A stretch of DNA of 64,000 bases from Phoronis australis (Eukaryota > Animalia > Phoronida): contig NMRA01000053.1 of the NCBI GenBank assembly GCA_002633005.1, positions 655,298 through 719,297 on the forward strand, in the 5' to 3' direction. Under the pieces are notes generated by a model. It ran no database searches and had not been told where the DNA came from. It saw nothing but the letters and a program-made list of their open reading frames with translations. This document shows, piece after piece, positions 50,501 through 64,000 of this stretch; positions within the stretch are counted from its first letter, which is position 1; each line of letters opens with the position of its first letter. The position numbers and the translations under genes are program-made.

Positions 50501-53500
50501 CATTTTACGGCGTATCAGTTGCCTGCGGTGCTGATTGCATATCGTAGAACAACGTTATTTATGCTTATTACTTCTGCATTTGCTTAACACTCTCTCGACA
50601 GTGGGTCAGAAGACAGGTTTGAGGTTTTAAATATAAGTAGTACAGTTTCAAATGTTTAAGCATTTTCTTGAGGTTGAACATCAGCAGATACGCACTTGCA
50701 AATTGTGTGACCCCTGTGTGTGCGGCCGTGTTGGTTTGATCTCCTCTTCCATCCCATCTGGTGACGTTCTTCGGTGACCTGTAAAGTTTAAAATGTTTAA
50801 TGTTCCATAATGATAATTTGACCAAGTCCACTATTGTTGTTCAGTGCTTTGCGAGGGTGCTAAGACCGAAAATTATTTACCACTTTAGGAAATTTCATAA
50901 AGTATATTTCCCATTGACGTTTCAACGAATAAACCAAAACGTTGAATTCCAGACCGGAATTAATATACGAGCAAGAATGACTTCGTCCGCCATTACTTTG
51001 TAGTAACCCAGCGTCATTAAATTAGAAACTGAACTTCATTGATGCACACATTTATCGAGCCACGCTTAAGCTGTTGTAAACACGCCAACAAATATCCTTC
51101 TATTTAGACTATTTACTGTCATAAAATTGGCATCAACTTTTTCCTACTCTGGCGATGTTCATAAGGTGGAAAAAATGTTCTTTATTGCCGAATACCAGAC
51201 TCAATCACGGGGTGATTTTGTGCACGGTAATGATCATACGTAAGCAGAACTGTTATTTCTTTCCAAGATCACACACCACTTCTCTCCTGATTACGAAACA
51301 ACCAGTTTGTTGAGCTTGGTCAAGCAATAACAAAGTGGTAGTTCTCAAGAAAAGAAACCATGCATGTCTGGCTTGACCTACGGTAAAATACAAGATGAGA
51401 TCAACTTTACAGTGATAGTTGAAAGCAATACAGTTTAACATCAGCTTTGTCTGAACGAAGCCATGACCAATGCAATATGGTCACCAAAAATCGAAAATTT
51501 CGCAATCTCGTCAGGAATATACTCCTTTCTTTGACGTTCATTTGACACGTGTGATCGAGCTTCAGATTAACGAAAATATGGATCTCAGAACTGACTGTAG
51601 AAATGACATAAAATGTAACCAACCACGTATTGCGAAAATCGAACGCTTACTCGAGGGTTCCCACGCAATTGGTCAATTATCTGTTACAGTTTCCAGTGAA
51701 GTCGAGCGTTGCTGACATGCATAAAACACGAACATACCTCCAACGTTTCCATTTTGGTCTTCAACCTTAGAACCCATTGCACGTTGTGTAGGGATTGTCA
51801 AGAAGACGGCTTTAGGATCAGCCACCTTAGATGAACTCTGTTCTTCTTGAATTGTCTCCCGATCACAAGCACTTGGATCGTCTTCCAGGTATCTGGCAAC
51901 ATCTGGGAGGTCACGTTGATTTTTATCCTTCTCATCTGGTATGGTATACGACACATTCTCCTGGACAATGTCTGGTAACAGGTCATGCATTCCCGTGTCA
52001 TCTGGTATGGTATACGACACATTCTCCTGGACAATGTCTGGTAACAGGTCATGCATTCCCGTGTCATCTGGACATCTCTTTTCTGCTTCCACCTCTGCAT
52101 CGTCGGACAGGACTTGTGCCATTCCCTGTTTTCTCAACGGTTTATCCCCATGAATTCCATCCTGTTGAATTAAAGGATTTCTTATTAAGTTACGATTTGA
52201 AAACATACTTTTTGTTTGAGAATAAAGTGTAGCACTTCCATGACCACGTACTTTACATATTATTATATTAACTCACAAAGTAAGATGCTGTGTTTTGATA
52301 CTGAAATTACACAGCTAAATATTAGGAACGTTGTTATCACCTCATGTATGCCGTCGACGAAACAACATTTTTTTGGTTTACATCATTTGCAGCAGGAGTA
52401 AATTTGTTCCTTATAATAACAATGGTTTAACGGCATGTGAATAACTGACAGTCCGTTAAACTGACCGTAACAAACCAATTTTTCACCTTGGTTCTGAGTT
52501 GTAATGAATTCGCAATTTCCCCCAATCTCATAAATCTTTTCTGACATGAGTAAAGGAGAAGTGGAGTTCAGCTATTGCCTCTATAAGCCTTGCGCTTTTG
52601 TTTTCATCTTATACTTATACCTTTCTCTCGCCAGTATCCTTTTCAGAACACTTAATGAATTGTTGCAAGTGGCTTATGTCCTGTTCCAACTTTTCTAACT
52701 TCATGAAGTTTTGCTCCAATTTTTCAAGTATTGTCGCGAAGCCGCTTTCGCTGTTACAATAATGCTCGTTTCTTAGGTAACTCCCAACCTGGAAATATTG
52801 AAAACGTTTTTAGATCTCATGCTCCGATATTTGCTGTGTGTGGCGTCGTTCAAGCGTTAATATCCGGATTTTGTTGTTTATCGCTTGATCTTTGCTGAAT
52901 TAATCATTATGCATCGCCATACTCGTAAATTTGCAGTTCACTTATTACTGAGAATTTTCTCATCAGTGTCCCAGTTAATAAAGATAATACTATTAAAGGT
53001 TAAGAACCTTTGCAGAACATTAAGTATTAGAACTGCATTGGTCAGGCCTTTCAAATACTAGCTGACTTCGAGACGTTTAGATACATTGCTTTTATAAGTA
53101 ATCTGTGGATAACTCCTGAGCGCCGCAAATTCCATGCTCGTATTAACAATACGCTTATAATCTTGATAATGTTGGCCATTAGCAGTTTCCTGGAAGCCAA
53201 ATTCATCAGCAAGTAATTACATGTAAAGACAATGGCGTTAACCTGAAACATTCTATTGCCAGCAATACGATAACCTGAAGAATTTTGTTGCCAGCAATGA
53301 AATTCAAACCTTTGGACAACAACGCCTAACATATATGTATGTAGTTTAAAGCCATTCGAAACACCTCGGGTATCGTCTTAGCCTCAAATTTTACCGAAGT
53401 AAGTGAACGTCATCTACACTTGTGCGAACGTCTGTCATACATCCAGTCAGTCTCCTATGACTGAAGACTTCACATGCACAGAAAATGTTCACCGGCTAGG

Positions 53501-53661
53501 AGAAATTTGAAGCTAGATGTACCAGATGGATCACACCATAACAACAAACGAATAGCTAACTCCAATTATGTCGGCTTTCAAAAAGTAGATATAGAACAGA
53601 CCATGAACAAACTCACGGAAATGTTTACCTTGGAATATAGGCTGGACGTGAAATTTCCCAT
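35226..53661 (-). CDS. Gene B: putative N-myristoylated coiled-coil / long disordered linker / tandem-CARD protein (1024 aa, 13-exon manual model)
   Basis: Exons 53661-53629, 52788-52621, 52161-51738, 50778-50696, 49344-49038, 48454-48399, 44797-44372, 43025-42936, 41992-41593, 41016-40940, 39974-39563, 38791-38495, 35527-35226. Internal exons are AG/GT-bounded, all are open and phase-compatible, total 3075 nt. The 48399-41992 part is the least certain. Confidence 0.72.
38495..38791 (-). CDS. Gene B exon: CARD domain 1 (symmetric phase 1-1)
   Basis: HKRVLLKLYTWLKDNVDV...LVPYLFQRGIL....EAI...KIQILLDELLKKRKHAFDVFCRGLEENGQPFI; tttgttgcag acceptor, GTACGT donor, 297 nt. Confidence 0.9.
39220..39320. 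repeat. Minisatellite, ~29-bp unit, ~3.5 copies (atcagacggcatgtgaacgctgccttctg)
   Basis: Directly visible tandem units, intronic. Confidence 0.8.
39563..39974 (-). CDS. Gene B linker exon (phase 0-1)
   Basis: ttttaacag acceptor, AAG|GTATGT donor, 412 nt, open (ORF 39495..39938). Confidence 0.75.
40940..41016 (-). CDS. Gene B small exon (phase 1-0), APKKPLGQIPVDSFKQNHEKFQNMQ
   Basis: ttcgttacag acceptor, GTAAGT donor, 77 nt. Confidence 0.72.
41593..41992 (-). CDS. Gene B linker exon (phase 0-1)
   Basis: ttgttcattag acceptor, GTACAA donor (weak), 400 nt, open (ORF 41546..41953). Confidence 0.7.
42936..43025 (-). CDS. Candidate gene B exon (phase 0-0)
   Basis: ttctatttccag acceptor, GTGAGT donor, 90 nt, open. 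Confidence 0.5.
44372..44797 (-). CDS. Gene B linker exon; donor position uncertain
   Basis: attttcag acceptor, open frame (ORF 44264..44761); CAG|GTAACT chosen for phase, alternative donors near 44401 and 44358. Confidence 0.58.
48399..48454 (-). CDS. Gene B small exon (phase 1-0), HSRQPADGIEMVKEVENQ
   Basis: tttttattgccgccag acceptor, CAG|GTATTT donor, 56 nt. Confidence 0.62.
49038..49344 (-). CDS. Gene B linker exon (phase 0-1)
   Basis: tttccttgcacag acceptor, AAG|GTGAAA donor, 307 nt, open (ORF 49009..49323). Confidence 0.75.
50696..50778 (-). CDS. Gene B small exon (phase 1-0), HRRTSPDGMEEEIKPTRPHTQGSHNLQ
   Basis: actttacag acceptor, GTGCGT donor, 83 nt. Confidence 0.7.
51738..52161 (-). 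CDS. Gene B acidic linker exon (phase 0-1) with internal 22-aa duplication
   Basis: tttaattcaacag acceptor, GAG|GTATGT donor, 424 nt, open (ORF 51673..52206). Confidence 0.8.
51932..52071. repeat. Perfect 66-bp in-frame tandem duplication (PDDTGMHDLLPDIVQENVSYTI x2)
   Basis: Identical units start at 51932 and 51998, plus 8 bp of a third. Confidence 0.95.
52621..52788 (-). CDS. Gene B coiled-coil exon (phase 0-0), ...FATILEKLEQNFMKLEKLEQDISHLQQFIK...
   Basis: atatttccag acceptor, AAG|GTATAA donor, 168 nt; heptad leucine pattern; absent from the ORF track because it is under 60 aa. Confidence 0.75.
53629..53661 (-). CDS. Gene B start exon, MGNFTSSLYSK (N-myristoylation motif MGxxxS)
   Basis: AAAAATGG Kozak-like context, AAG|GTAAAC donor in phase 0, upstream ctactttcag acceptor implying a 5'UTR intron. 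Confidence 0.65.
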
Positions 53662-55892
53662 TTTTCTGACTTCAGCAATTTATTCTTACTGAAAGTAGAC
53701 ATTAAGTTCTGAATAAAAATATGTTACAGGAAGTCTCTAGTAGAGAAATGCTAATTTGTTCGCGACCGGAAGGACTTCCAATGAATCCCAACCTCACTTT
53801 TCAATGAACAGGGGAGCCAAACGTAAAGTTGAGATGAGTTTCAACCGGAGGAAGGATTTTTTACAATTAACAATACACCCGTGGTTACGGTAGTCAGTAC
53901 TGGTAGTCTTTTGTTCCTAAAATTAAAAAGGCCAACGAAGAGGTTGCCACCAACACAAATGATGTACTTAACTCCAATTTAAACAAAACCGTTGCAAAAC
54001 TGATGCAGTAAGCTTGAGGAGTGTGACCCGGATGTCATCAATTCTCATAAGCGCGAGATTGTTGCTAAATTTGTTCCCACATTTAACGAGTATTACGTCG
54101 ACGGGTTGTTTAGGCCTATTTTGATAGTCGACGCTTGGCTTTCGGCAACTTTTTTGGCAAGCCTTTTGCCAAAATTCTCTCTCAGAGGCATGTCTAACTT
54201 TCTCAACGAGCTGTAGAATAATCTTTGTGACGTGCAGTTTTGAATTATTTGGGCCAGAACTTCCTTATCAATGTCCGCTAACAGTACACTGACAAATTTG
54301 TTGAGAGCCTGCTGTCCAAGTTTTCAATTTTTTTGTTTACATACCCGAACCTAATTTATAAGAAAAATGTGGCAATAAAAGCGCGTTTTCCCTAATTCGA
54401 TCACAGGAGAAGTGATATTGATCTTGCAAACTAGCAGTTCGTCATTTCTCGAGACCATGTTCCGTGACAAGCCAACTTGTACAGCCAACCAAAGATACTG
54501 TATACCTAATATTTTGAGCCAACGTCAACGAATTATGGGATGTCAGTAAATTCGTTTCCTGAGCCCGAAGTCACACTAAACAAAATTTGACTACAGAACA
54601 ATTTGAAACCATATCGGTTAGAGGGCTAAAAATGTGTCAGTCGTTTTAAATCTATCAAGTATCACTAATCAATTTCACTACAGACGACTTTAGGGGGCTC
54701 ACAGAGCTCTTCCAAGAAACGACCAAACCAACGCCACTGACATGCTGTATTCAGCTGCTACGTAAACAGAGAGTCTTTCGAGGGGCCACTTTACGACACC
54801 TTATATCCGGTGGTACTAGGAAGGAGATAGTTCAGCAACTTTTCAGTCACAGTCACTACGTCGATCGACACATATTTAAAAGAACAGTGTCTTAGACCTA
54901 GTCAACAAACTGATGCGAATCTCGGAAACTCCGGGTAACTTACTCATATTTTCGTGGATAAATGTACTTGAAAATCTGTTTCATTCATACTCGATTCGCT
55001 CTAAGCAAAGGTTTATGTTTTTATAGACTTTTCATGTCCTTCAGTGACCAACCGTGAACCAGATCCCAGATTTGTTCACTTGAATTTAATGCTAATAGAG
55101 TCCACTGAATGTAAGATGAGCAAGTAATGTAAAAATTGTTTTCTCTCCACTTGTGTCACTTTGAATTCTCGGCCATACCGAGTCGCATAACCGTTTGATC
55201 GAGCGATTTTTCTCGCATTTGATACCAGCTCTACCCACAGGGTGGACAGGTTATACCGGCAGGTACTTATAATCCACAGAATTGCACCTCAAATTGCAAC
55301 TCAGGTCCCAAACATAGTCCATGTACGGTTGCCAAAATCCAGTCCCGGGGACCAGTGCAGTCAAGCTGTCTGAGCGCCACAGCCCGTATCAGCTAGTTCT
55401 ACGGGATGCAGTTCTACAGAGATACCCCGGAGGGCGAAAGGCACTGGACCATCTCGGCTTAGCCGTTAGGTTGGCTGTGACATACACAACCGATTTCCAA
55501 TATTCTCTGTGTACGTTCAGAGCTTTTGTTTGTTCATTTTGGTGACCGTTTGTAGAACTGATAATATTCCCCCCTACTCGAGTCATGGATTAGAAGCGAC
55601 CTAGGTCAGGGTAGACCATGTTGAATATATTCTGGGGAGAATGCCGAACAAACTTTGACTAAACCATCAAAGTCATGTAGCATACGCACCCTTTGAGTAT
55701 AGGAGGCAATTTGGTGTATTTAATTCTTTCTAACTCGACTGATAAACTCACTCCCGAAATTCTTTCCGAATAGTCCTTCGTTCAGTTACCGAAATCGGAA
55801 ACTAAGCTACTTCTGTTCTGACTGCATCATAGCTTTTGCATGTAGCCGAAATTTTAAATCACATCGAGGTTGACCTCCATGCCCTCGGGAGT

Positions 55893-57143
55893 ACCAAGAC
55901 CCTTTTGTCCACCTGACGTCACATGCACGCTGGCGCCCCTAGTGGAGGTCAACGAACAGAGTTCATGGACCAGTTAGTTGAAACAGAGTGTACGAAGAAT
56001 TGTACAACACTCCTTTGTAGACTAGTGGCAATGGAGTATGACAGACGAATCGATTTGTATTGTAGGAGGTTGAGTCATTGTTTTTTGTTTTTTTTTTGTA
56101 GAAACATAATATCCGAAAAATGAGTGATATATAATATTGACTTCATGTAGATAATTGTAAATGTCATAAGTGGTTATGAGTCAGGCGTTGTAAAACGTTG
56201 CCGGCTATAGCGCGTGGGGCCGGTGTTTTTTAACATGAAACACTACGGAAAGTTTTCGAGCAACTTTTGTCTATATTTCTGGCTATGCCAGTGAAACACA
56301 TAATACTATTTACCATATTAAGTGCTGAACTTGTTCACACAAATTAATTAAAACAGTTTTGTCAAATAAGAAAATCAGGCAAGAATAAGCTGGCTAAAAA
56401 TTGGTGTAGCCAAGATTTGGGAAATATTAACATGTGGGGATCCATAATTCATTTAAAACTTTCTATGAAAATATTCAGACTGGTGCTGAACTTCTGTATT
56501 GAAATTGATAATAATCGGCAGAATATTGCAGGCTCTACAAGGGTAGGTTAGGATACCCTGAGTGCCCAATTTGTTTTGTTTGTGCTTTGGTAACTCAGGG
56601 CGATGACACCATTTGTGTGCCAGGCCTCAGAGAGTTCTGTTCTTCAGTGGAACTATTTACGGACGATGTAGGCTAGTCTTTGGCAAATGCGAGCCGATTT
56701 TGAACAAAAACATACCGTTTTGGTTGACACAGCTTTCAAAATTTTAAAGAAAATGAAATAAGCGTATGCTCGTCCACAGATCCACTCACAGACAGCAGAC
56801 GTCTTATCACTGCCGTAAATTAAATGAGCTGAAACGTAAACACAACCTTTGCATACTTGTAACGTAGCCATTCGCCGCTACAGCGGACTCGGGACATCAG
56901 ACACTCAACCGAGAAAAATTATTTATCATGCCGCAACCTCAGAAGTCACTATGTAACATATCACAAATGCATTTTTAAATTTCAAATTTCGAGGATTGAC
57001 GAAAGCCACTATACAGAGAGTTATTTGTTACAAATCTATCTCGTCTGATGCTACTTGGTCCTTCTCCCTAGGCTAAATTCTCATGGCCTCCACTGGGGGC
57101 GCCAGTGACGCGTGTGACGTCAGACGGACAAAAGGGTTTTGGT
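55893..57143. mobile_element. MITE, ~1.25 kb, with ~60-bp imperfect TIRs
   Basis: accaagacccttttgtccacctgacgtcac...ctggcgcccctagtggagg is mirrored by cctccactgggggcgccag...gtgacgtcagacggacaaaagggttttggt. Confidence 0.8.
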
Positions 57144-59792
57144 CAAGATGTTGACTTCATTAATTGCTGATACTGATACGCCATAGTTCGCTTGTGCTTG
57201 AAACTTAGCTACCAGGGTTGCACCTCTCGTACCTGGACAAAATGACATCGTTGGAGAAAAAAACGTATATCATTGAAAGGAAATTTTAATTGCCGGAGTA
57301 TTTGTTCGAGATGGAAGGAATCAAAGAGATGAACTGTCTCTAAAGGGTTCCTATATGCTAAAGGGTTCCTATATGCTCAAAAGGATCTTCAAGAATAGTA
57401 CAGCAACGAGGCTAGACGGTTTTGTCACTGTGAGGCATAATTTGCCGAAAACCATTAGTTATCAATCCTGCCGACAGGTGTTGCACTTTTAAAAATGGCT
57501 GCCTCACTAAATCCGCGTTGCAAATGAACGCTTTGGAAAAACTTGAAAATTGTTTATGATAATTATCCAATCAGTACAGGTAATACATTTTTGGATCACC
57601 ATGACTAGAGGATTCAGAAAATAGTAGTATCAAGTATGTACCTTAACGGAGTCGGATTGTAAACAACAACAACGTAATGGGAGATTTTCCATGACCACGA
57701 CGTATACCCAGTATTTACCTTACAGACATCGCTCAACGCTTTAACGCTGCCATCACACGCGGTTGGAATGAGGACTTACCGGTTCTCTAAGTGTTCCCAT
57801 CAATGTTTTGTTGGCGCAGACGTGGTCGACTGACATTCGACAGCAACTTACTATGGCGCACAAAAATATGTTTTTCATAAACAAACAGTTGTTAATCCAT
57901 AACAGGGAATAAATCTGCAGGATTATTTTTAGATTCGGGAATTTTCTCACACGTGACTGAAGCTCTTCGACAGTAGCGACAATACTTGCAGTGTGACAAA
58001 TTGAAACTAATTCTGTTAACGATGTGGCAATATGCTCTCTGAGAGGGGTTAAAAAATAGTGTAACATTGTTTCTTATTAACAAAGCGGAGTAACAATTTG
58101 GATATTCTGAATGTAAGCAAATGACGTTAAATTGTTCCGTTCCACACAAATTCCTGTTTCGTGACACAATCATGATAGCACTGATGTCAACTTGAATAAA
58201 ACAAAACAATGCAATATATTTGCCTGGCTTATTGCGAATCATTTGTTGTTGGCCAAGCGGGTGAACGTTACACGCATGTAAATTTCGTGAAAACACTTGA
58301 AAGTTCGAAAAGCTTGATGTTGATAAATGCTGGAATTCAGCTCTAGGCCTATATTAGAAAAAACATTGCTTTGTGTTCTCTTGTCGACTACATATTTTAT
58401 GAGGTCTGGGCGTGTTGGAGGGAGGGGGGGAGTGACCCACTTGAAGTGATGCTGAACATTATGTAGTTGGCTTCAACTGGTTGATCTAGATCAACGCTGG
58501 GATTTGGGCGTTTCTTACGGGATAAACCAAACACAGAATTTGTCTGGCAGTGTTCTTTTATGGTTCACGAGATGATGTTGAATTTTTTGCAACATACTTT
58601 ATGCGGTTACATCGTGGATTGATCTACCTCAGCTTTTTTTTTAACTTCCCCACAACTGAAGTCTGGCAGTGAATAATTTTGATACAGTGAATTAACGGTA
58701 GTAGGTGTCGCGGGTAATTTTAAGTGGTTACCACTAAGTTGATCAAGCTCAGTTTTTGACTGCCATTCTCATGCCCCCCCCCCCTGACCACACCCACCAG
58801 AGCGAACCTGCCAGGGGCCGGTCTCTAATCTTTGAACTCCAAATGAACTTGAAATTATTTTTGGCAATTTCTCTGATCCGTTTGTGCTAACACAAGATCA
58901 GTGGTTATCAAACTGTGCTCGAATACATTATAGTTTATGCATATGAGTTCCTAGTCCAAGTTTGCACTTGAAGACACTGATATTCGTGCTAAAAACTAGA
59001 GTAAAAAGTCGAAATTTCGAGTTCAAACTAGAACTAATAAATTATCCACCTCAGGCATTATGTACTCGATCGCAGAATAACAGACACTTATCTTGACTAC
59101 GCACAAAAGTAATAAAAAATGCCAAACAAATTTCGAGTTCCACTTCAATAAAGAGATTACAGAGAGACCGGGCCCAGATGCCATCTCCTGACATTGGGAT
59201 ACCTATGGATCCGTACTGTGATATCACAGAAAATCGGTTACGGTTCATCCTCAAAAAACCTCTGGGGTCCCGCTGTATACCTAGAGTACTTGAGCTAGCC
59301 CAGTTTCATGTTCAGGTAAGGAAAAGCCAAATTCGTCATCATTACCCAGTGCTAATGTTCACAGCACTGGGAAAGAGTGTAGACAGGACATAGCCTAGGT
59401 GCGACCAGCTGGCGTGAAAATTGCGGTGACGGAAGAATCAAAGTTATTTTCAGCAGCCCTAATACAAGCTTCACTTTTGTTCTCGTAATATTCCATAAAT
59501 TCTTTTGTGGCAGTAGTGTATAACCAATAGCGAAAGATGCCAGTTTAGGCCCTTAACTCATTGAGAGGTGTTGAAATAGTTAGTAGTTGAAAAATCTACC
59601 GTGAGGCTCTTCACAATTGAAACAAAATCGAAAGAAAAACAAAAGCCTTTCTATCATTTTCAAAATTTATTTTTGTCAACAACTGTCATAACCGATGCCT
59701 TTGAGTATGATAACAAAGTACAAAATAAGAATGAACACTTTCGCCAAATTTTGAGGGAACGGGTCAAGCAAAGAAGGAATGGTTTAAACTGC

Positions 59793-63090
<3,298 letters not shown>

Positions 63091-64000
63091 CTAGAAATTG
63101 GAGTGTCAATATAATATACGGTGGACAAAAACATGAATTGGGTATGCCGTTATGCAGTATTAACCATGTAAATTTGTCGGTTGCGTGAAGTTATAGCCGG
63201 CGATTGCAATTTAGTGTACATTCAAATTCTAATAAGCAAGGTAGACACAAGGCGAGAAAGCATCACACTTTAAAGGAAAGTTTTCAGCGAGAAAGGTTAT
63301 TTCCTGAAATCAGTCTCAGCACATGCAAAATCGAAACTACTGTGGCACTCTTAATACTCTGACGGCGAAGTAGAATGTTTAATTGCAAAGATACTGAACG
63401 AATGTTTGACAAACAAAGATGAGAATTCATTTTCGATTGGTAATAAAATCATTAAAACAATACATTTTTACGAAAAGTGACAAAAATGATTATCCTCCAA
63501 CAATAAGCCCAAAAGATGCTTCTTTTGGCAACCAGCCAACTCCGGTGATTAATTGTCAATCTGACTGATTTAAAAATCATATACACTGCTTTACCCAAAC
63601 TGTTACACGTTTCGGTTCTATTTATATTGATATTCAAAAACGAGATAAACCAGTTGACATGACAGAAATAGTGAATCACCAATGACATCGTTTAATAAAT
63701 CCAGCACTGAAAAGGGGTCGCTGTTGTCTGCCAACCAGCAGAACATAACATCATACGATAGGCTAGCTTGTTTGGGATGTAATAGGCGCCTATTACAGCA
63801 GGTCACAGACTTTTAAATAGATACTTTCAATAAGAGGAAAATAAGTATACACTACGTACCTACGCTTGCTAACACAGGTTTGATATAAATAAAGTTTATG
63901 TATTACGTAGTTTCAAGCCGTAGGCAAGACCGGATTTTCAAGTACTCTCGGTGAAATGTCACGCTGACACGCCCTAATCTGTAGGCTTCATGTAATAATA

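Noticed and set aside
55930-57103. CTCF-like motifs (ccactaggggcgc, ccactgggggcgc) in MITE TIRs
   Set aside because: Each is one base short of the consensus spacing and is explained as TIR sequence.
57340-57377. 18-bp tandem duplication (a similar 19-bp one lies at ~19881-19918)
   Set aside because: Ordinary slippage duplications in non-coding DNA.

Overview
Eukaryotic (metazoan), AT-rich, intron-rich genomic window. The actin sequence ([34 protein letters not shown]) resembles echinoderm/hemichordate cytoplasmic actins, so an ambulacrarian marine invertebrate is likely (inference). Most ORFs in the supplied track are noise or exon fragments. Reading splice sites by hand on the minus strand gives three genes. 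(1) Gene B, 53661->35226: a phase-consistent 13-exon model of 3075 nt (1024 aa) with an N-myristoylation motif (MGNFTS), a coiled-coil exon, a ~760-aa low-complexity linker mostly built from alternating phase 0-1 / 1-0 exon pairs, and two C-terminal CARD domains. (2) Gene A, ~18444->767 and continuing off the left edge: the same exon grammar, with four tandem two-exon cassettes each encoding 49 aa; probably a paralogue of gene B. (3) A cytoplasmic-type actin (59793..63090; first coding exon outside the window) whose codon 42-150 exon occurs twice across an N, probably a haplotype/assembly duplication. Introns and intergenic DNA carry decayed transposons: an ISL2EU-like element (THAP + YqaJ, AT TSD), a Kolobok-like element (THAP + KolX-like, TTAA TSD), several MITEs and a LINE fragment. 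No rRNA, tRNA or CRISPR array was recognised. All gene models are manual predictions without transcript evidence.
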